Origin: Amphiscolops sp. MND2022
Taxonomy: Eukaryota
Assembly: GCA_964187785.1 (NCBI GenBank)
Contig: OZ076409.1
Location: 93,870,001 to 93,934,000 of the forward strand
Direction: 5' to 3'
Length of the DNA: 64,000 nucleotides
Part shown: positions 22,225-35,391 of the stretch, one piece after another
Layout of the letters: each line of letters opens with the position of its first letter
Numbering within the stretch: the first letter of the stretch is position 1
The notes under the pieces: generated by a model
The model's database searches: none
What the model saw: only the letters and a program-made list of their open reading frames with translations
What the model was told of the DNA's origin: nothing
Position numbers and translations under genes: made by a program

Positions 22225-24510
22225 TAATATTTTACTTGTGCCCAACAAAAATATCAGCATCAGTGCTAATTGACTACCCTAGTCGAGAATGCTGGAATTG
22301 TTTCCGTGCTGCAACACTACATGCAGGTTAACTTTTTATAAAACCTTTAAAATTCAGTAAGTTTCCGGTCGTAAATATGGCAAAATCACATTGCAGCTTA
22401 CACTACTGCAATTGAAAAAAGTTGCTCCTGACACCATCACTTTGTATTTATGCCTAATTTCTCAACTACTAACCTTACGCAAACATCGTTCCTCAAATAG
22501 CACGCTGAAGATGACGCTAATTTGCAGTTAATAATGTGGCTGAAGTTACTGAAAAAAAAACATCTCAGATACATTTAAATATAGAATTGTTTCTTATTAA
22601 AACCCGGAAAACTTCAATTAAATTTGGTAATCAAAATAAACCGTAAAATTTAAGACGCTTCTATCAAGCAGCTTGATAAAAGTCAACTAGAACATGGAAA
22701 TATTTTCCCATGAAAGTTCCATGAAGAATTTTTGAAAATCCTAGTAAAAATTGATGGCAATTTTAAACAACATGCAAAAATTACAAAGGTACATCATGAT
22801 AAATTGCTCATAATTTGCCATTTAGAAAAACGTGTGTCCCATAAAAGGAACATAGCAGAGACAATTTTTGTTTCACACGATTACCTTATTCTGACAAACA
22901 TGTTTACCATACAAGGAAAATTCTATGGTCATTGAATAACTTGCATGCACTTTTTCAGTGATCATCGTATGACTGAACTGATTTCATACATTCCCTTGAA
23001 TGGTTTTCAATGATGTAGGTTTTTTATGGAGGTCAACTAGGGAAGTTCATGAGTTTTGTTTTATGATAATTTCTTGATAATTGAACGATTGTTTTTCAAT
23101 ATTTTGATTTCTGACATGAAAATTTTCAATCGAAGCATATGTTTGATAATACTTGAGATATTAAAAACTTGAGAAACTTGAGAAATAATTGCAAAACATT
23201 GCGGAGAAAGTTGTATGCTCCAAAGAAGCCATGAAATATTCCGCTGCTTTTAGATCTCTCCACAACTGGGTTTCATTGACAGACTTAACTTCGAATTCAA
23301 CCAGTATGAATTTTTTTGTAATTTTCCCTCAAAAAATTTTGATGGTGGGGGGGGCAGAAAAGAGCCGAAATTTAAAACAGTAAGTTTAACAAAAACATGT
23401 TGAACAGCGTTATGAATTTTCGTGATATTACCTCATACTGGCAATTATACTAATTGCGTCGTAAAAAACACAGGACACGTTGTCTCTAGATTATTAACAG
23501 GAAAGTTGAGAAAATGGAGAAAATAAGAAAAGCGGCAGTAGCAAAAATATGTAGTGTAATGATAAACAATGGTGGATATGCTGAACCAAAACAGTGTTTT
23601 CTGTAAAAGCTCAATTCTAAGAACAAAAAGTCTAGAATATGTATGTCTATTATTGATGCTTTTGTATAATGTAATCCTGGTAATCAGGATTTGTTAATAG
23701 GGATTATAATATAATCCTGTTAAATTGTTCATATTGGAAGAACTCATGTGATTCAATCCTATTTGGCTCCAAGTTCAAAATCTTCCTACGTTCAAAGAAA
23801 TATGTAACTCTTTAGAGTTGCCTCTCAAGAAAAAAAATGAAAGCTTAATTCAACAAATAACCGCTTTTGTAATGTATCTTTCGTTTCCTCAATATATACA
23901 GATTCACCTAGACTGAAATTAGCAATTAATGATCTTTTTTCTATCGGATTAATGCGCCAAATTATATCGATTTCAACAGATAGAATTGATGTACGGATTG
24001 ACGTTTTGGAGTTAGGAAAAAACTAAAGCATAATATCGAGGTATTTTACGTTTGAAACTGATCAAGGGTTGTCATGACATCTAGTTCATAAATGTTTCCA
24101 TGCGAGGAAACAAATTGTTAAAAATGAAAAACGTTTTATGGTCATGCTGACTTTCTTGTTTTCCACAAATGATCGTTGTTTAACTTTAATGTTTTTCATA
24201 AATGATTGGTGTATGCCTTTCATGTTTTCATAAAAGAACAAAGTAAAATCAGGTTCAATTCACTCAAATATTAATGTCTTTTTTCGGTATAAACCTGTAT
24301 TTTAACCGCATGTATCAACAAAGGATACATCGAACTCATTGAATACGTAAATTCTTTAGATGTGAAAAACGTGCAACTAGTTTTTGTTATAGCTACATCA
24401 AAATTTCAGACAGATTTGTGGTTCAATCGAGATCAATCACTGATAATTCAGCATCCAATGCCAAAAGTTGGTGATTGTAAGAATTTTCTCACGTGTTAGA
24501 TAGAAAGTGG

Positions 24511-26195
24511 AACAAGCCGCGAACGGCCCAAGTCGGCGCCATATCTAAGGCTCAAAAATAGCCGAAGGACTTCAAAGTTTCAAGTACTCTGTTCTACAGT
24601 ACCCGATTGAAGAAACAAAATTCAAATTTTTTTTCGAATTTTTTTGAAGTCTCCGGTAAGTCGCATAGTGCCGAAAAAGGTAAAAGGGGGACCCTTTGGG
24701 ATTTTTTGAACAACCATTCGGTTGCAAAATAGAAAAAAAAATGAAGGGGTGACCCTTTGAAGACATTTAAAAAATTTGCGAAAAAAGTCTCATAAAGCCA
24801 AACTAACATGCTAAAAAGTTTTGGTCAAGGCGAGACTCGAACCCACGTCCTTCTGCTTGGCAGACCTCAAACAATCCTAATTAACGTCTATTACCTAGTG
24901 CCAGTAGAAGTAGCAGTTTAGTGTTGCAGTCAGTGTTAGTGGAAGTCAGCTTATAAAGCTTATAAAATCTGTCACTTCGTTGGTCTTGAAAAAAAAAGAG
25001 AAAAGTCACTACTATAGTCTGTGTTTTTCTACGAAAAAGTGCCTACTAACAAGCCGGGAACGGCACAAGTCGGCGCCATATCTGAGGCTCAACAATAGCA
25101 AAAGGACTTCCATGTGTCAAGTATTTTCTTCTACAGTATCCGAGTGAGGCAAAAATTGGCAAAAAAATCGGAATTTTCTTTCAAATTTTTTTTGGTCCCT
25201 GGCAAATCGCATAGTGCCGAAAAATGTAAAAGGGGACCTCAAAAAAGCCTAATTAACCTCTATCTCAAGTGCCAGTAGACGTAGTGTGGCAATTAGTGTT
25301 AGTTCAAGTCAGCTTATAAAGCTTATAAAATCTGTCACTTCGTTGGTCTTAAAAAAAAGAAAAGTCACTACTATAGTCTGTGTTTTTCTACGAAAAAGCG
25401 CCGACTAACAAGCCGGGAACGGCCCAAGTCGGCGCCATATCTAAGGCTCAACAATAGCAAAAGGACTTCAACGTGTCAAGTATTCTCTCCTACAGTATCC
25501 GCGTGAGGCAAAAATTGAAAAAAAAGTCCGAATTGTTTTCGAATTTTTTTTCGAAATTGTTTTTCAAAACTATTTTTTGGTGTTCGGTAAGTCGCATAGT
25601 GCCAAAAAATGTAAAAAGGGGCCTTTGGGAGTCACTACTATAGCTGCGTTTTTCGACGAAAAGCGCCAACTAAAAAAGAAACAAGCCGGGAACGGCCCAA
25701 GTTGGCGTCATATCTAAGTCTCAAAAAGGGCACAAGGAGTTCAAAGTGTCAAGTATTCTCTTCTACAGTACCCACATTATAAAAAAACTGAAAATAAATG
25801 CCGTATTTTTTTCCAAAGTTTTTTTTCGAATGTTTTTTGGTCTCCGGTAAGTCGCCTAGTACCGAAAAATGTAAAAGGGGACCCTTTGGGAGTTTTTGAA
25901 CATCCATTCTTTTGCAAATTAGAAAAAAATTGAAGGGCATTACAAAAATATGCGAAAAAAATCTCACAAAGCCGAAATAACCTGGACAAAAAATTGGTCA
26001 AGGGCGGGACTCGAACCCACGTCTTTCTGCTTGGCAGACCTCAAAAAGCCTAATTAACCCTCTATGCCAAGTGCCAGTAGAAGTCGTGTGGCAGAGTTTA
26101 GTGTTAGTGCAAGTAAGCTTATAAAGCTTATAAAATCTGTCAGTTCGTTGGTCTTAAAAAACGAAAACTCACTGCTATAGAAAAGCGCCGACTAA
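24511..26195 (-). mobile_element. Duplicate of the four-unit HINE array
   Basis: Second unit of the tandem duplication. Confidence 0.8.
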
Positions 26196-27537
26196 TAATA
26201 TTTTACTTGTGCCCAACAAAAATATCAGCATCAGTGCTGATTGACTACCCTAGTCGAGAATGCTGGAATTGTTTCCATGCTGCAACACTACATGCAGGTT
26301 AACTTTTTATAAAACCTTTAAAATTCAGTAAGTTTCCGGTCGTAAATATGGCAAAATCACATTGCAGCTTACACTACTGCAATTGAAAAAAGTTGCTCCT
26401 GACACCATCACTTTGTATTTATGCCTAATTTCTCAACTACTAACCTTACGCAAACATCGTTCCTCAAATAGCACGCTGAAGATGACGCTAATTTGCAGTT
26501 AATAATGTGGCTGAAGTTACTGAAAAAAAAACATCTCAGATACATTTAAATATAGAATTGTTTCTTATTAAAACCCGGAAAACTTCAATTAAATTTGGTA
26601 ATCAAAATAAACCGTAAAATTTAAGACGCTTCTATCAAGCAGCTTGATAAAAGTCAACTAGAACATGGAAATATTTTCCCATGAAAGTTCCATGAAGAAT
26701 TTTTGAAAATCCTAGTAAAAATTGATGGCAATTTTAAACAACATGCAAAAATTACAAAGGTACATCATGATAAATTGCTCATAATTTGCCATTTAGAAAA
26801 ACGTGTGTCCCATAAAAGGAACATAGCAGAGACAATTTTTGTTTCACACGATTACCTTATTCTGACAAACATGTTTACCATACAAGGAAAATTCTATGGT
26901 CATTGAATAACTTGCATGCACTTTTTCAGTGATCATCGTATGACTGAACTGATTTCATACATTCCCTTGAATGGTTTTCAATGATGTAGGTTTTTTATGG
27001 AGGTCAACTAGGGAAGTTCATGAGTTTTGTTTTATGATAATTTCTTGATAATTGAACGATTGTTTTTCAATATTTTGATTTCTGACATGAAAATTTTCAA
27101 TCGAAGCATATGTTTGATAATACTTGAGATATTAAAAACTTGAGAAACTTGAGAAATAATTGCAAAACATTGCGGAGAAAGTTGTATGCTCCAAAGAAGC
27201 CATAAAATTTTACGATATAATCTTCCGCTGTTTCGAAATACTTAAAACTAGAATAATGGGTACATAACTTTTTCTGTACGAGCAGATTGTGATAATATCA
27301 AGGAATCCCATGAAACCCGACCCATCCGACTGTTGTTTCGAAACAAAAAAAAGCGATTTTGGGCGGGGAAAAAATGATGACAATGTACATGGACCATGCA
27401 CGTGTGGATTTGAACCCCCGATTTACTTTTGAAAAAACTTGATCTCTAAATAATAGACTATTGAGATTTCAGTTTACTTGATTTGACAAGAAAGTGTTCG
27501 TTTCCCCCTGAAATTTTCGGTCACAATTTTCAGAATT

Positions 27538-27781
27538 GTTGAGGTTTCAGGGTAAACAGAAGATAAAGAATTAGCCACTTCAAGATGTGCCACTAATATG
27601 TGACAGAACGACTTCGGCCGAAGAATAACTAGTGTCTTCTTTCTTGGGTAATTACGTAATTACCAAAACATTAGACACTAGATATTGATATTGTGTCAGA
27701 ATAATTCGGTCACACTTTTAGTCGGCGCATCTTGAAGTGGCTAGTTCTTTTTCTTCGGCTCGCACTGACTGAATCTTCAAC
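27538..27781. repeat. Imperfect palindromic MITE-like element
   Basis: AAAGAATTAGCCACTTCAAGATG...CATCTTGAAGTGGCTAGTTCTTT centred on TAATTACGTAATTA (~27655). Confidence 0.7.
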
Positions 27782-28199
27782 GTTCATGAACATGAACACT
27801 CTTTAGCTGAACTCAAGGCGGTCGATAATGTTGGTGGCTGACCTAGTTGATAGAACGTTGTCCTCCTTAACCAGCAAACGGGTTTCGAATTTCACCAGGG
27901 TCCGAAACTTCGACATCAACTTAAGTCAACATAATTATGCTGAGTTACAAAATTGTATGCGACAAGTCCCGCAGATGCGACCACAATTACTGCTTCAGCA
28001 CAATATTTCGAAAACTTTATCGAATCAAATGGTTTCCCTTTCGTGTTTTTCAGTTAAGGCAAACTTTTTTAAGTCTAAAGGTTTCACTCTTGTCGGTCAA
28101 ACTGCACGTTGTATTTGGGTATTTTGAGATACTCATGGAGATAATTTGTGAAATTGGTTTTCCTTCTGATATACAATTAGACGGATCAGTAATAAGACC

Positions 28200-28885
28200 T
28201 CAGAAAGCCCTTGACAATACGGTGGATTGATTTGTCATTGCCCCGTCGATACGAAAACGATGGTCTATCGATAACCTCTGGATGGACTGTCCTGGAATCC
28301 GGATTATGCAGAATAAGCAACAAATATTTCTACTCTGGGGCCCAATCATGCATTGCAGATCCGGATTGATTGCATTCCGGAATTTATAGGTGAGCCAAAA
28401 AAAAATTGAAAGTTTTTGAAAGTACGAAGTAATCAAAACCTATTCGACAAGTCACTGCAGAGGATATAAAATCTTTTATTTGGAAACAATCAGGATCCAA
28501 GCATTCAATATACCGAGAGGAAATTCGATTATAAAAAGTTTTCTCAAGAAGAATTTTTCAATTTCGTTAGTGCATTAAGAAAATTAGACTCTCCATTTTG
28601 GCATGTGTCTAGGCAACTGTCAACTCGAAAACGAAAATTTTGTGCTAATCTCTGCAACGATTACGTCACGTTGAAAAACAAGATACTCCCGTTTTGCTTT
28701 CTACTGAATGAATTAAAGTTGACTAGACAAGTTCATTTATCTGATCATGCTGAAATTGCGGGCAGAATTTTTTTCGGAGGATAAAACTTCTCCAACTTTT
28801 GACATCATTGATAGCACGCTCCAACTTTTCTATCGTAAACCCAGTGGACGAGTTCAGCTTGATAAACAAAATATCGTTCAAATTG
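28200..28885 (-). pseudogene. Highly decayed LINE (L2/CR1-like) ORF2 fragment
   Basis: Fragments LERAINDVKSW and ...SRAF resemble the post-ADD and C-terminal parts of L2/CR1 RT. Confidence 0.35.
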
Positions 28886-28890
28886 TAACA

Positions 28891-29298
28891 AACAAGCCGG
28901 GACCGGCCCAAGTCGGCGCCATATTCTACAGCACCCGGAAAACGTTTTGAAAAAAAAACTTACAATGTCGAAAAAAACTGAAAGGGGGACCCTTTGGGGT
29001 TTTTCAACATCCATTCTGTCGCAACACTCCAAAAACATTGAAGGAGGGATCCTTTGGTGGCAAAACCTGTTCAAAAAAATCGCACAATGCCGGAAAAAAG
29101 TGAGAGGGGGACTCTTTAGTCTAACCCGGTAATGTATTTTACGCGGAAAAAAGGAAAAACTTTCCCCTGGGCCAACAGGTGCAATTTAAAGTTTTGTAGA
29201 ATTTTTGGTAGAACTATTTTGGTCACTTCAGGTGTATCGAAAAAAAAACACTGACGAAAAGCCATGACTGTAGTCGGCTCTTTTCAAGCGCCGACTAA
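28891..29298 (-). mobile_element. HINE/DINE-like copy
   Basis: AACAAGCCGGGACCGGCCCAAGTCGGCGC ... GCGCCGACTAA. Confidence 0.75.
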
Positions 29299-29952
29299 AA
29301 ACACTAAACTTCATGAAACTGTCAAAACTGTTGGGGGGTTATTTTGTTCTTGACTCTCAGAATTGTGGTTGTCACGTTTGTTTTTTCGCATGAAGTTGTG
29401 ACTCAAATGGATAAACCAATTTTGATGTAGAAAGCGTATCTAAGACAGTATAAAATTACGATTATTGTTGTCATCAGTCGAAAAAATGGACTGAAATGTA
29501 TCAAATTACAGTTTTAGAACTAGAAAGTACAAGTGTATGATTTAAACTTGGTGTACGGCATTGAGACCTTTGAGGAAATGTGATTACTTCAAAAATCTAT
29601 AGAGATCTCAAATTACACACGGGAAACTGTGATTTGAGTTGCAATAATATTATGCTTTGTTGTTAATGATGTTGCCAAGTCAAATAAGTCCATGATGTTG
29701 CCTTCAAATAAGTCCATTGTATATCTTCACATCAAAAATCACAAAATTGAAGACATCATATTTATCTGAAAAATGTCACGTTTTCCTTACAAGACACAGG
29801 AAAACAGTTTTCAAAAATTGACTGGTTTATTCATAAAGTGTATTAAATTTGCATGCAGTGTGCTTTCCTAAGAGGTACGTTGAAAATTGTAACAAGACGC
29901 CCGCTAAGCACCGTGATATTTTCCGCTAAAAATGTAACACTAAAAATGTAAC

Positions 29953-30015
29953 GCATCAGCCGGGTTCGAACCCGCAATCGTGTCTACCAGGCAGACGCGC
30001 TACCAACTGCGCCAT
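29953..30015 (-). mobile_element. tRNA-derived SINE-like head / tRNA pseudogene
   Basis: Minus strand TGGCGCAGTTGGTAGCGCG (A box) ... GGGTTCGAACCC (B box); anticodon arm is irregular. Confidence 0.6.
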
Positions 30016-32166
30016 TTGGTAACTAAAATTGGTTTGAAAGATTTGGTAACTAAAATTGGTCAAGTAACTAAAATAGTCAAGTAACTTTTAAAAAAAGCCA
30101 AGTAGTTAAAATAGTCTACTGATAAGTGATGGAGATCGTGAAGATTTGGCAGAATTTGGAAAAAAAACGCAACACAGATCATGATTTTCCTCCCCCATTT
30201 TATGTGGACGGAAAATAACAAACCAAGTTCACAGGTCACGATTTTCCATTCATGATTCATCGATGATTCATCCATAATTCATGAGTTCGCCAAACCGAGG
30301 ATGGGGTTCATTCCCTGAAAACTCATGGAAACAAACTAACGTTATGGATTGTTTTTTTGTTGAGCAAATGTTGAAAAACTCAGTATAGTATTGTGCACCA
30401 CTAAACTTGCAAAATTTTCTATAAAAGGTGAACTAGAATATTTTGTTGGGCTTAAGGATGTTTGCTACTAGAACATTGGTTACTAGGTAGTTTTCGACTT
30501 GGGTTTATTTGCAACCAAACAGTTTGTCACTATTTTTACCTTGCTGTGATCACTTAATTTTTCTCTTCAAGTTAAGTCTAAAAACGAAATCAAAATCCTC
30601 CTTGGATCGTTTTGAATCTTGTTCGGCACCTAATTGATTAGCAAAATTGAGGTGAAATTGCAGCAAATTGTTAATTTCCAGTCGGAATGATTGTTTTCAT
30701 GATCCACTAATCAGTCTGATTGGTTACTCGGCAACACTACCCAATTAATGGCAACTAGCTTAGGGGCATTTTATCTGTAGTAGCAAATTGCCTGTTAGCA
30801 AATGTTCTTATACCAAATTCACAGTCGCAAATATTCCGACACTTTAAGTTAGTATTAGTTTACCCTCTAAAAGTAGAAAACGGTAGAATAAATGGTACCA
30901 AATTTCGTTCGATACAACAATGGCGTTATGAATTTGGTTCAACTAGTTATCATTAATCGCTGTTCGGATATTTTCAAGTTTCTTTGTTTTTCATTTTTCT
31001 ATTTTTCACAACACACTTCAGTTCATCCGTACGCGGCGTTTAATTTATTTTCGTTGAAATGCGTAAGTTATCACACACTTGGTAAAACCTTCCATGGTTT
31101 ACACAAAAAAATGTGATTTCCTATCATGGATTTTCTTGGTGTTCATCATAGGTTTGATCAATGATGACTATCCCTGAATTGACTGTAAATAAAATCACTA
31201 AGTCTGATTATCTATGCTTACTTTACGTATAAAAAATTAGCCATGAATAATTAACCATGACTCGAATTCAATTGATGGATGAAAGGTGAAAAACAAGTCT
31301 CTAGATGGAATGCTGTGAACGAACCATCATGGCTAACATGAGATGGACCATGTGTCTTATTCCCCCCATGCGGCCGCGGGGGGATCAGACACAAGGTTCA
31401 AATACCATTATGTCGACAACATTTGCATTTGTTTTGAAGTTTTGGTCAAATAAAACATAATCCAATCTTTTGCATTGACTGTCAGATAAAAGGTGCTCAT
31501 AAGATTTTATTGCGGAGCAATTTGCGTTAAAATGGGATTTTTATACAATTTTAGCTTGATCCAAGCGTGAATTTTTGCTATTTTGGACAATAATGTCGAT
31601 ACATTAGGGTCATTTTTCGCAGGAAGTGTCAAAACAGCTGTAAAGACAATCGTGTAAATATTTAAGTTCATTTAGTATTCATTATAAGTGAGATAAAAAT
31701 AATAGTAAAAATAATAATAATAATAATGATAACGGGAGGCCCTTTGTAAGATTCTTGAAAACAATGAAACTGCCTTTGTCTAGGAATGAAACAATGTAGA
31801 GGCTGCATGTAGAAATCGATATCCAAGAAGCCTAGAAAGTCATTATATTGTCTTCATTCAAGTCGCGATGCATTGCTATGAAGCGTAGCAACAACTTTGC
31901 TTTACCTCAAATGTTTCTATTTCAGATTGGTATGACGTCACACGCAGTGGCGTTTAATTACCTCAATTTGAGACAATAAGAGGCTGTATGTACAAAAATT
32001 ATTATTACCAGAGAGCACTGGTACCACGTGAAGAATTCAATGCTGTGGCATTTACTATTGGCTGAGCGTTTAGACGAGCTCAAGTTGAACGCTCGTGAAC
32101 TTTTGTGAATGGATACGAGTTCACAAAGACTTAATAAAAGTACACATGAATGAACAACGAATTGAA

Positions 32167-32184
32167 ACAACAAGAGCGTCTTTG
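32167..32184 (+). repeat. Left copy of 18-bp inverted repeat ACAACAAGAGCGTCTTTG
   Basis: Exact reverse complement of 34599-34616. Confidence 0.9.
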
Positions 32185-32440
32185 CTTTGCAACATTAATA
32201 ATAGGAGTGTTTATGTGAATTGCACTATTATTAGAGGGTCTTTGTTGGCTTCTACTACTGTCAAAATTTAGACTTCAGTGACTGAAAAACGTACAGTGAC
32301 GACATTGTATTACTTAAACGTCCACGAATTAGCAAGGTAGTACAAAATCAAAACTAAATGAAACTATTTAGTAGCCAATTGAAGGGCAGAGCGGAACTTT
32401 TGGTACACTTTATCCACCACAGTCTCAGTATCTCGATTTT

Positions 32441-34582
32441 TCAAGTTTTCTTTCTTCGCCATTTCTCGCGATTTCCAACCATTGCTCGTTGTTCAACAAT
32501 CACGCGGCAGACTCTTTCAATGGGTTTTTGTAGCGTTTTATGCGGCTTCGAAAAATTCAGCATGCTTTTTTCGAGCTTCTTCCACATTTCTTCTTTATTT
32601 CGGCGCAGTGAACGCGAACTTTGCGGCAGATTTTCAACCAGTTTTTTATTGGAAGGGCGGTATTCGTCTGTTTCCTGGGAAGGCTGTGGATTTTCGCTGT
32701 CGACTATAACAAATAGAACCATTTAGCTACAGGCAAACGATATGTTGAAATTAAAAAACAAAAAAGCATGGGAAAGCACAATATTATTTCAAATTTACCT
32801 TCAGTTTGAGATTCACTAATAGCGGCATCTGGAGCTTCTATAGCTTCCCCAGGAACTACAGGCTCGTCTTCAGACGGTGAGAGCTCATTTGATGGCCAAT
32901 GAGAACAACCCTGGGCATCTTGTGGCTCTTTCAACTGCTTTAAATATGCAGGATCTTCCAAAATTTTTTCTTGCAGAGACAAAATTCGCTCAATTTCATC
33001 ATCGGTGGGGGGCTTGGAGTAAAATTTCTTCCTTGTAGCTTCTGAATGGCCACTGTTAGCCTCATATGCGGCGCGTAAGTCCTCTGTAACGAACTTGTCC
33101 TTCTCCAGCATTGTGTCCCAGTGCTTTCTAATTGAATTTGGACCGAAAGTATATGGCTTCAAGTCAAAATTCCGTCCTATAATCGTGTTGATTGTAGTCG
33201 CCTGAGCTGTCAATTTACCATCGTCAGCGTTGGGAAACGCCAGAATAGCAACCCTACCATGCATTTGCTCATAAATTTCGTGGAAAGTTGTCAACCACTC
33301 CAAATTTTCCTCCGACAGTTTGCAGAAATTGGTCATAATATGGCCTGTTTTATGTTTGTGGGTGCGGCGGATGTCTGTATTGACGCTATCCAACTCCTCC
33401 TTTGTCATGTTTAGCAAACCACCAGCTCTACAATTAGTGCGCGCATTAATGAGGAAGAAAATTGATGAAATTATTTCACTCATTGTCAAAATACGGGGGC
33501 CTTCTCCTTGTTTTCGTCGCTTACAGGGAAGCTCTCCTGATTCTCGAAATTGACAAAGCGCCTCTTGCAAAACCTCGCGAACACCTTTTACTGCCTTTGA
33601 AAGCACCTCAACGGGAGGGATTTGATTGTAGCGCTCTTCCCGCTTCTCAAACGCTTCCTGTGTTGCTGGTTTACGAATGGAACGCATGTAAGTTTCAATC
33701 TGAGTCTCCCAGCTGTTGAAAGGAATTTTTGTCACCAGTGCTTTTGAGGAGAAACAAAAAGTCTTTCAAATCGAATAATAACTTCTTCATGGACACCAAA
33801 GAGTACTGTTTTTGGGCCTGATACATTGTCAAAATCCTGGGCAAGTCAGAACAGTTTCGCATGTTGCCACAATTCGAATAGACGTGCGTTAAAAAGGCTT
33901 CGTCGTACCCAGGCACAGGTGCATCTTGCAGGTCGATTTTGAACTGGGCGTTTCAAAGACTCCAAAGACTTTTGAAGAGACCCAACCCTCTCCATTGATG
34001 AATGCACTCACCTCTGGTGGAAAAGTATCATATCCGGCTTTGTCCTTGACTTTTACAATGTTGTGGCCAGGATTTTGTTGCAAATGTCGTGTTTTGTTGG
34101 CAGTTCTTAGCATGCAATCGACGCATTCCCAAACTCGCCCAGCGGCAATTCGGGTGTGGTGATAGCTCAGAATGAACTTTTTGACGCGGTCTTCGCAATG
34201 ATGGACCTTGTTCAGATGTTGATACATCTTTTTGACTTCTTTTCGGCAGATTACACATTTTACCAGGTCGGCTTTTGAGCGTTTTCCGTACGATTTTGGG
34301 CTACAAATCCTTCGTTTAGGAAGCAATCCTGGGTCAACTTCTTTTGCAGGCGGGGACTCAGTTTCGCATTTGCCCTGCGACAAGCCCAGAGGCTGTGAGT
34401 GCTGAACTGAACTGAAATTTGCCATTTCTAAAGACAGATGTACGGGGCGTTGAAATCAGATTTTGGCTGAAAATGGGCTCAGCGCTGTTATCAATGGCAT
34501 CTGCGGGAGCCTTGGAAGTCGTCGGAGTAGCAAGTTTAATGTTTGTGTCTTCTTCATTAACTTTTTGACTTTTCGTCTTCAT
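32441..34582 (-). CDS. Tyrosine recombinase gene (Crypton-like) with N-terminal zinc-finger-like motifs; one intron and 2-3 frameshifts
   Basis: Catalytic set R (NCRAG), K (HKT), R (SIRK), H (GHS), Y (KFY) in ORF 32704-33735; upstream CVIC...H...H and CVDC...H...H; phase-1 intron 32798-32704 (GTAAAT...TTGTTATAG) joins the final exon 32703-32441 in frame. Confidence 0.85.
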
Positions 34583-34598
34583 TTTAATTGAAATTGAA

Positions 34599-34616
34599 CA
34601 AAGACGCTCTTGTTGT
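34599..34616 (-). repeat. Right copy of 18-bp inverted repeat
   Basis: CAAAGACGCTCTTGTTGT, ending 16 bp upstream of ATG 34582. Confidence 0.9.
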
Positions 34617-35011
34617 AAATTATCAAATTTTCTAAAATTCTTGTTTCGAATGTAATTTTTTAAAATTTAGATTTAGAAAACAAGCAACTATTCAACAGAT
34701 TAGGAAAGCCAAATGTGTCTAGTTTACAAAACTGTTCTTTATATTACCAATTACTAGATGAAATGTTACGTAACAGCTGTCGAACGAGTGCAGAAAGCTT
34801 CCGGTGGAAGCGACAGCCACACTCGCTGTGGTAATTTTCCGAGACGAAAATTTCTCGGAATTACGTCAAAAGGCAGCTTGCATTCAACTCGGTTTTGGAA
34901 TGGTTTTCCGAAACGGTACTACTTCTATATGGTCTCACTTACCTTTGAAAGTTGGGCGGAGGAGCGGTGTTGTAACCCGTGTTTTGAGAGGCGAGAGCGC
35001 CAATGTCTCGC

Positions 35012-35077
35012 AGGAGCGCTTATGAAGTCTACGAAAGCGCTTTCATAATAATAATAACTATTATTATTATTATTATA
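35012..35077 (+). mobile_element. L2-type LINE/SINE 3' tail
   Basis: GAGCGCTTATGA...GAAAGCGCTTTCATAAT followed by (TAA)/(TTA) repeats, as in L2-family tails. Confidence 0.45.
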
Positions 35078-35391
35078 ACAATGTTAATCAAATTGAATTT
35101 ATCAAGGTTTACCATACATAATTTTTCTCAGATTTCACAGATTTTATTATATAAAAACCATATAAACATTAACATTCATTACTGTTAGCCCCTGAAGAGG
35201 CTTCCTACAAGCACTGAGGCTTTTGGAAGTTTTTTTTGAAGTATGAAAATTTTGTATAGTTTCGTCTTTGTGCCTAACCGATAGAGAAGAACGCCCTATT
35301 TAACAAGAGGTGATAAATATGTTCGAATGTATTGAATCAATTGCCCTCTGTTCAACAATGCCCCTAACTTGTAAATAATGCCGCTGTATCG

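Larger units (their letters stand above)
19263..27203 (+). repeat. Near-identical tandem duplication, two ~3.97-kb units (19263-23235, 23236-27203)
   Basis: Line-by-line identity with a period of ~3971-3973 and only scattered substitutions or homopolymer differences. Confidence 0.97.

Noticed and set aside
29953..30015. Functional tRNA gene
   Set aside because: Anticodon arm and acceptor stem are irregular and the sequence is embedded in a repeat
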